64,000 bases of DNA, taken from the IMG/VR virus record IMGVR_UViG_3300033978_000437; one strand, written 5' to 3'. A model generated the notes under the pieces. That model was not told where the DNA came from. It saw nothing but the letters and a program-made list of their open reading frames with translations, and did not search any database. This DNA is from a virus. A program made the position numbers and the translations under genes. Shown piece by piece: positions 26,601 through 31,470 of this stretch (its first letter is position 1; each line of letters starts with the position of its first letter).

Positions 26601-27505
26601 AATAAAGCAATTTGTTCAAATGCATCACTGCCACACTTCCACTTACGCAGTGCTTTGTTGATGCGGCTATCGGGATCATTAGCCGTTGCACTAGAAGTGA
26701 GCTTAGCCTTCATACCACCCATGCGTGCACAGAAGCTATCTTTACGAGATCCACCTTCGGGCTGAGGTCGTTTGATGTCGTGTCCTTGTGCCTTTAAGCT
26801 GGCTCGACCTTTATCATTTAAACCGCCTTCGGGATTCTTACCTTCAGCAGTTTGCCAAGCTGCACCGCTTTGCTTCTCTGCCTCTTTCTTCTTACCTGTA
26901 GGCCGACAAGATCCGGGAGTTAAAGCTTTAGTGCCTGGTACTCGTTCGTAACCTTCCCAGCATTGCGCCTTCTTCTCAGAGATCGCCGTTACCTTGTCCC
27001 AGTTCTTAGAATCTGGATAGTCTTCGTCCCCAGGCTTGGCAGTAGTTTCGCCCCTGCGCTTCTTAGCTCTTATGTTGGCCCAAAGGCCCGGCCGTACTGC
27101 TGCTACCTTAGCTAACAACGCAGCAAATCTTGAAGGCTGGCTAGTCTGAACACTGCTTTTCTTTTCAACCTTTTCCATTTTTGAGTAGTACTTAGGCTCT
27201 TCGGTAAGATGATCCACCGCAATCTCTGTAGCTACATCCGTATCATTAGTATGTTCTTTTTCTTCTTTAATTCCGGAATTTAACTCTGCTTTATCTAAGT
27301 CCGCAGGATTCTTATTATCACCAACTCCGCCTTTCAGCTTATTGGTGATTCCTAGTGCCTTCTTCTCTGTTTGGTCTTCTACATGCTCTGGCAACTTCTT
27401 ACCTCCTGTAGCTTCGGACCATTCAGAGCAGTCCCACGAACCTGCCTGACCTTTGCCTTTGAGAAGGTAACATAACTTACGCTGAGCATCAGATTTGAAT
27501 GGCAT
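23627..27505 (-). CDS. 1292-aa putative virion polyprotein: a chain of small conserved phage modules separated by KxA/S
   Basis: FKSDAQRK, EKEHT..VATEIAVDHL.E.PKYY (DUF5661-like), GLWANIRAKK, CWEGYERV, GGLN.KGR..RKDSFCARM..SRINKALRKWKC (DUF6321-like); eight KxA/S junctions. Confidence 0.6.
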   Translation of the reverse strand: MPFKSDAQRKLCYLLKGKGQAGSWDCSEWSEATGGKKLPEHVEDQTEKKALGITNKLKGGVGDNKNPADLDKAELNSGIKEEKEHTNDTDVATEIAVDHLTEEPKYYSKMEKVEKKSSVQTSQPSRFAALLAKVAAVRPGLWANIRAKKRRGETTAKPGDEDYPDSKNWDKVTAISEKKAQCWEGYERVPGTKALTPGSCRPTGKKKEAEKQSGAAWQTAEGKNPEGGLNDKGRASLKAQGHDIKRPQPEGGSRKDSFCARMGGMKAKLTSSATANDPDSRINKALRKWKCGSDAFEQIALLAKSAMDSVYSPQQPQQPQQQWMQQPQQQPIFVINSAPSQSGIMTGLGNLTAAGGGIAGAGSLAVNYGANKGIPALQRYDQFEPNLLNRVDQFNTKMNSPTLNAAEKLKAYVEHGTDLIQQPVWTRPDGTKLIGRDMIEQVYKNPITTMIADGSQPNMKWSPSLSEHYGQFNKGPAAAYAQLGAELLGDDAIQGPMFQRQFALHEAARNNKISLLGTAAARNDVNTAKAVADRAAIARKMDTMQGKVKSKVENLIERLRGKGLLGEREDAWASKFRPRLQLRHDRMNEFSQKSLAPQDEIINKLNSRGDFIKNKLISNGNNLSGDALKQHLTGLADASKERILNSIAPVLPGDKYGLTRNAMQDELLQLAKSKPEFASSLGRGLESLSRDQQLKLVDYAHRTPLGQSMTSSFGDPTSLAFRTNSYGNLSNAIAAPKRILNWGVSNLGRLAAKSRIGAMLSLPVVGSGLAMRYLGGSQDAANSEAATQSMVDKIRKALNSNVLPALTPEATPYASLPKSGILPSLIGKPYIGKQSSDYIAALAKQAATQAGGSYLNRVVALNEQDTARMKDQAARVRAASGIPNPTGNGTHSWGGHVFPDRVENPTYNFTPPAATPPIPYTGLGSQYLNGAEGRLPYPLLRTAPAQSGQAFTPKGGTVPPSAPISSLRDHPAFRRNGLSNSSMFKEDFNDMATDRTKVEQLQNAIGGVGNGTHQGVFSGGKIQPDTATFTPKNLPSTNLIDSNPEASPPSNFAPETPGYLTPGNAAAANLGSSILNGAQYGGMGNILTGASTYDSGTQKTRNGKNFYRGDLQTQPGPTNVTTNIDANTGAFNQQRGASGNSRASATSGSFRTATPKPANTWKPIDISGERREKEKQLGLPEGSMNEGGEHYAKNGPRSAELAKAPASISNTYVAPPGEDPQHTALNKAMFDIKKEQRVALASGKTWSPSGVNIINPVKPTAMAQAPAPKAPSNTYATSRFSSDLPSWATQGR

Positions 27506-27528
27506 AATTAAACCCTAATTTTAATGAT

Positions 27529-27843
27529 TTAACGGCGCAACAATGCACTGAGGATTTGTTTATCTAAAGATGTCTTCCCTAACCCAACCTCAGTGTTTGG
27601 AGGTGGAGAAGTACTTGCATTAGGGAGCAAAGCTGGATTAGCAAGCTTCTTAGGTTGCCGAGCAAATTCATAGCCCGCCATACCACCTAGACCAGCAGCT
27701 GCAGTAGTAAGCGGGGCACGAGATGCCGCTCTAAATAAGGGGCCTAACAATGCAGCAATGGCACGTTTTTCTCTAGTGCTGGCAATAGCTTGTTTTTCTA
27801 AGCGGTTAAGCATATTGCGTAGCTTTGCGGTTTTGTAAAACAT
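27529..27843 (-). CDS. Small KxA protein with one glycine-zipper segment
   Basis: YKTAK, EKQAI, EKRAI; TTAAAGLGGMAGY. Confidence 0.6.
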   Translation of the reverse strand: MFYKTAKLRNMLNRLEKQAIASTREKRAIAALLGPLFRAASRAPLTTAAAGLGGMAGYEFARQPKKLANPALLPNASTSPPPNTEVGLGKTSLDKQILSALLRR

Positions 27844-27851
27844 AATGCATT

Positions 27852-27904
27852 TCCCTATGCTATTTAAACTAACTTCATTGGTTTTAGTTTAAATAGCATA
27901 GGGA
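27852..27904. repeat. Perfect 21-bp inverted repeat with an 11-nt spacer
   Basis: TCCCTATGCTATTTAAACTAA (27852-27872) is the exact reverse complement of TTAGTTTAAATAGCATAGGGA (27884-27904). Confidence 0.95.
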
Positions 27905-27921
27905 TTAAACGCAAGGGTAGC

Positions 27922-28584
27922 TTAGTTAGCGTTATTTTTACGAAACATATCACCATTTGTACGCAATGACTTATTAACATCCTTCTCGACAAAATTCTCA
28001 GTCCGCTTATCGTTACCATGTGGGTTATGATAAACAGATAACTTTTTTGCATCAATAAACCGATGAGTCAGCCCCTGTTTCCTTAACCTAGCGTAAATGT
28101 CAGTGTCCTCAAAACTATAATTAACAAAACGCTCATCAAACCCACCAACAGCCCTAAAATCAGCAGTTCTAATGTACAATAAACCATGAAGATATTTCAT
28201 AAAACCTAATTTATTGTCAAACACCTCCATCCTGTAGTCACCAGTAAAGAAATCTTTATCACTAAGCTTATGAATATCAAAAAAATTAAAGTAAGGATTT
28301 AAGATGTAATCGACATCCATTTTTAAAACAAACTCGGTATCGACATGTGAAAAAGCAATATTCCAAGCTGCGGCCACATGGTATGTGTCTTTGTTATCAA
28401 CTCGCTTAAATTCGATCCTATTGTCTAGAAGACAAAAAGACTTTACAAAATCAGCAGATAAGTCGCTGGACGACCAATCTACCACAATGATTTTAGTAAC
28501 CTCTTTATACTTCAACCAAGACATTAGGCTGACCCGCAGCATGTCAGCCCTATTCATCACAGCAGAAACAATAGTAATACTCAT
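27922..28584 (-). CDS. GT2/GT7-like glycosyltransferase
   Basis: IVVDWSS, LKMDVD (DxD), VGGFDERFVNYSFEDTDIYARL. Confidence 0.85.
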   Translation of the reverse strand: MSITIVSAVMNRADMLRVSLMSWLKYKEVTKIIVVDWSSSDLSADFVKSFCLLDNRIEFKRVDNKDTYHVAAAWNIAFSHVDTEFVLKMDVDYILNPYFNFFDIHKLSDKDFFTGDYRMEVFDNKLGFMKYLHGLLYIRTADFRAVGGFDERFVNYSFEDTDIYARLRKQGLTHRFIDAKKLSVYHNPHGNDKRTENFVEKDVNKSLRTNGDMFRKNNAN

Positions 28585-28626
28585 TTTAAATACCGATGTG
28601 TTTGAAATGGGTTAATAGCTGCATTC

Positions 28627-28980
28627 CTATTTATTTTCATAAAGCTTTTTAAGCCTATACAATTCAGCTTCGGCTTTAAAGAATGCTGTTTGATACTTTT
28701 CAATTCCTTTTAAAGGAAGATCATTACCAACTTTGCTAAAAACATCGATTATCCAATCTTTACTTACATTTTTAGGTATTCCTAGCATCTTTAATTTTGC
28801 ATTTAATCGGGCAATACCCAAAGATTCCGCTGTTTCTTCGAACTCCAACATTGCAGCTGCAATCGTGTCCAAATCTTTTGCGGTAGCCTCTACAAATTCA
28901 TTTTTAGCAATGCTGCGCAACTTATCCTTGTGCTTCATTTTTTCAGCAAAAGCAGCTTTATTTGAATTATTCAGCTTCAT
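28627..28980 (-). CDS. Hypothetical Lys/Ala-rich protein
   Basis: 117 aa; strong SD AAGGAGAA within the duplicated leader. Confidence 0.75.
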   Translation of the reverse strand: MKLNNSNKAAFAEKMKHKDKLRSIAKNEFVEATAKDLDTIAAAMLEFEETAESLGIARLNAKLKMLGIPKNVSKDWIIDVFSKVGNDLPLKGIEKYQTAFFKAEAELYRLKKLYENK

Positions 28981-29031
28981 AATATTCTCCTTTTAGGGGG
29001 AAACATAGTTTGTATAACCACAGATTATTTT
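28978..29031 (-). promoter_or_regulatory. Duplicated promoter/RBS cassette, copy 1
   Basis: Minus strand AAAATAATC..GGTTATACAAACTATGTTTCCCC..AGGAGAATATTATG; 23-nt core 28997-29019 identical to 29844-29866. Confidence 0.7.
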
Positions 29032-29827
29032 ATTTCTTATGCCATTTACTATTTTTAAATGTAGCAATATATCGAGTGTATCTATCCTCTGTAAAAGGAC
29101 CAACTGCAATCTTTAGCATTTGATTTGCTACTCTTTCTGCTTCTACATAAAATTCATACATGTCACCTGCATACTCATTAATAGAAGCTTTTATCCTTGC
29201 CACTTCTGCTTTTTCAATATCTAACATTGATTTAAGTACTGCGTGGTTTTTATGTTCTTTGTCTGATTTTTTGCGAGCTTTGGCTTCCATACTTTTCAAA
29301 TGCTCTAATTTTCTGCGTCTCAACTCGTAAAGAGTAGCTAGCTCAATCTTCTCTATCATTTCATCTTCTTTGGCAGCTTCAATAGAATCCTCGATATCTG
29401 CGTCTTCAGCACGAGCTATAGAATCATCTTCTTCGGCTTGCTCTTTGGCAGCTTCAATAGAATCCTCGATATCGGCTTGCTCTTTGGCAGCTTCAATAGA
29501 ATCCTCGATATCTGCGTCTTCAGCACGAGCTATAGAATCATCTTCTTCGGCTTGCTCTTTAGCTACACGCACTACGACTTCGTAAGCGCAACAAGACTTG
29601 CATATTGTTTCAATTTCTAATTTATACTCACCTATGATATGAGCAGCATCGTGCTCTATGCAATCTCTGCATACTATATCTTGGCAGTAGTAACACTGCT
29701 CCCCCTCATCTTTGTCCCGGTGATAGCTGTCAACTCGAGGAAATTTATCACTGCATACACAGCATTTATCTGCATTGTCATATCCATCCCATTTAGTTCC
29801 GCTTTGTTTCAAATCTGATGCTGACAT
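29030..29827 (-). CDS. Hypothetical protein with an N-terminal Cys-rich zinc-finger-like domain and acidic tandem repeats
   Basis: CCVC..CYYC..VCRDC..CKSCC; EQAEEDDSIARAEDADIEDSIEAAK repeats; coiled coil. Confidence 0.75.
   Translation of the reverse strand: MSASDLKQSGTKWDGYDNADKCCVCSDKFPRVDSYHRDKDEGEQCYYCQDIVCRDCIEHDAAHIIGEYKLEIETICKSCCAYEVVVRVAKEQAEEDDSIARAEDADIEDSIEAAKEQADIEDSIEAAKEQAEEDDSIARAEDADIEDSIEAAKEDEMIEKIELATLYELRRRKLEHLKSMEAKARKKSDKEHKNHAVLKSMLDIEKAEVARIKASINEYAGDMYEFYVEAERVANQMLKIAVGPFTEDRYTRYIATFKNSKWHKK
29367..29560 (-). repeat. In-frame tandem repeat (75-nt A, 39-nt B, 75-nt A)
   Basis: Nucleotide-identical units encoding AEEDDSIARAEDADIEDSIEAAKEQ / ADIEDSIEAAKEQ. Confidence 0.9.
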
Positions 29828-29879
29828 AATATTCTCCTCCTAAGGGGAAACATAGTTTGTATAACCGAAGATTATTTTA
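29825..29879 (-). promoter_or_regulatory. Duplicated promoter/RBS cassette, copy 2
   Basis: Same leader as 28978-29031, ending in AGGAGAATATTATG. Confidence 0.7.
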
Positions 29880-29928
29880 GCCCCCTTTGGGGAGTTGTCT
29901 AGCTAAATCTTTATCCATGATTAAACAA

Positions 29929-29944
29929 GATTGAACGTTCAATC
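29929..29944. promoter_or_regulatory. Perfect 16-bp palindrome GATTGAACGTTCAATC (candidate operator)
   Basis: Intergenic, about 50 nt upstream of cassette copy 2. Confidence 0.45.
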
Positions 29945-30027
29945 CTAATTTGCTGCTTGGTGCTGATCTTTGCGAAACTCTGCACTTCTCTGCGAACCTT
30001 AATGAACCTCTATGAATCGAAATTTAT

Positions 30028-30753
30028 TTATTGAAAACAATTTTTGATAAGTTCTTCTGCGGCATTGGTAGCAATAAAACATTCCATTTGTTTAATTTTA
30101 TTGTGCATATGCCCCGCAAAATTCATGAAGTGATAGATCTTCCCATCTTCAAACTTGTCCCACTCTTTAGCAAACAAAACAAACTTATCTGTCATACAAT
30201 GCCAACCTTCATATTTGGTTTCATACAGAAATAGATTGTACATGGATTGCTCTAAAGGAGGAAAATATTCATTTCTAATGCTGATGTTTGCATGCATGTG
30301 CTTGGCCATCGCTAAGCCAGTCTGTTTATCTACGCTGAAAAACCCTGAGTTGGCTCCTTTATGCTCCGCCGTAGGCACAAAGGGCCAGCCAGTACTGCAC
30401 CAAGTTGTGTTAAGAAGTGCAACATCTTTACAATATTGGTTTATATAAGGGTTGAAGTCGTTGGCAAACCATAGAATATCACTGTCTAAGAACACAAAGT
30501 GGTCATAGTCTAAATCAAAGACAGTCTGGGTGTATTTCAAATCCAACACCCCAGGCCAGCTAGGATTGACCTTTGCCACAGGCAGCAGCAAAGGGTGGAC
30601 ATCAAGGGGATACAAACACTCACTCCCCTGAGCTACGACTATCTTAAAATCAATGTTGCCCAGTTTCTGCACTAAGCTTTTATGCATGAGCTTGGTGCAG
30701 GCTAAGGCAGAAGCGTCGGGAGAGGAGATAGTATAGTATAATGTTTTAAGCAC
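30028..30753 (-). CDS. GT-A (GT8-like) glycosyltransferase
   Basis: FVFLDSDILW, ANSGFFSV, LEQSMYN, IYHFMN; GTG start. Confidence 0.7.
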   Translation of the reverse strand: MLKTLYYTISSPDASALACTKLMHKSLVQKLGNIDFKIVVAQGSECLYPLDVHPLLLPVAKVNPSWPGVLDLKYTQTVFDLDYDHFVFLDSDILWFANDFNPYINQYCKDVALLNTTWCSTGWPFVPTAEHKGANSGFFSVDKQTGLAMAKHMHANISIRNEYFPPLEQSMYNLFLYETKYEGWHCMTDKFVLFAKEWDKFEDGKIYHFMNFAGHMHNKIKQMECFIATNAAEELIKNCFQ

Positions 30754-30756
30754 GGT

Positions 30757-31470
30757 TCACTTTTGCCTTTCAAATATTTGCTTAAGCTCCGGAAACAGTT
30801 CAAATAACTTTGTAACTAAGTAAGTTCTATGGTCATAGTGCCCTTCAATTTGACAAATAGCTGCAGGGCATGGCAACTCTTGAAGTTTCAAGTTATGCCT
30901 TCGGTTGAACTTCTTCGTCTGTAGCATTGCAACAATGCTTAGAAAGATGTCTTCCCCATTCCATATTGGCTTACAGTCTTGCACATAAGGTGCAACTATA
31001 GGTGCCAGCTCCATCACTTTCTTTATAGTAAGGCTAGAGGTCATAGCAAAGTGGGGCAGTATCACTGGAACATGGGCAGAGAGTGCGTTCTTAGGAATGT
31101 AGGTAGTCTCTGTTATAACTCTACCCGTAACTCCATGAATTGAATGCTTGTCCTCTAGCCACTGTTCATAACAAAACTTGATAGAAGCGTTATCCACTAC
31201 GAAGTCATCGTCTTGGAAAGCAATACACTCGGTGGTAGCTCTCTCTGTGGCTAGGAACCTACAATACATCCCTACTTTTTTCTGCTCTTCAAAGTTTTTT
31301 AACTGCAGCAACCTATCGTTGTATACATAAGTATCAAAGCAAGTCTCTCTTAACGCATGCGACACTATTATCTTATCGATTAGCTCGTTCTTCAATAAGC
31401 TTGGGAGAATGTGTTCAACTAGGTTTCTTGGTCGCTTGTAGTTTAAAAGGACGAAAGTTATCTTGCTCAT
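30757..31470 (-). CDS. GT64/EXTL2-like glycosyltransferase
   Basis: VLLNYKRPRNL, IAFQDDDF, WNGEDIFLS. Confidence 0.75.
   Translation of the reverse strand: MSKITFVLLNYKRPRNLVEHILPSLLKNELIDKIIVSHALRETCFDTYVYNDRLLQLKNFEEQKKVGMYCRFLATERATTECIAFQDDDFVVDNASIKFCYEQWLEDKHSIHGVTGRVITETTYIPKNALSAHVPVILPHFAMTSSLTIKKVMELAPIVAPYVQDCKPIWNGEDIFLSIVAMLQTKKFNRRHNLKLQELPCPAAICQIEGHYDHRTYLVTKLFELFPELKQIFERQK

Noticed and set aside
29367-29560. Possible CRISPR-like array
   Set aside because: The repeats are contiguous in-frame coding units with no unique spacers.
29370-29620. Plus-strand repetitive ORFs
   Set aside because: Mirror of the in-frame tandem repeat on the minus strand.
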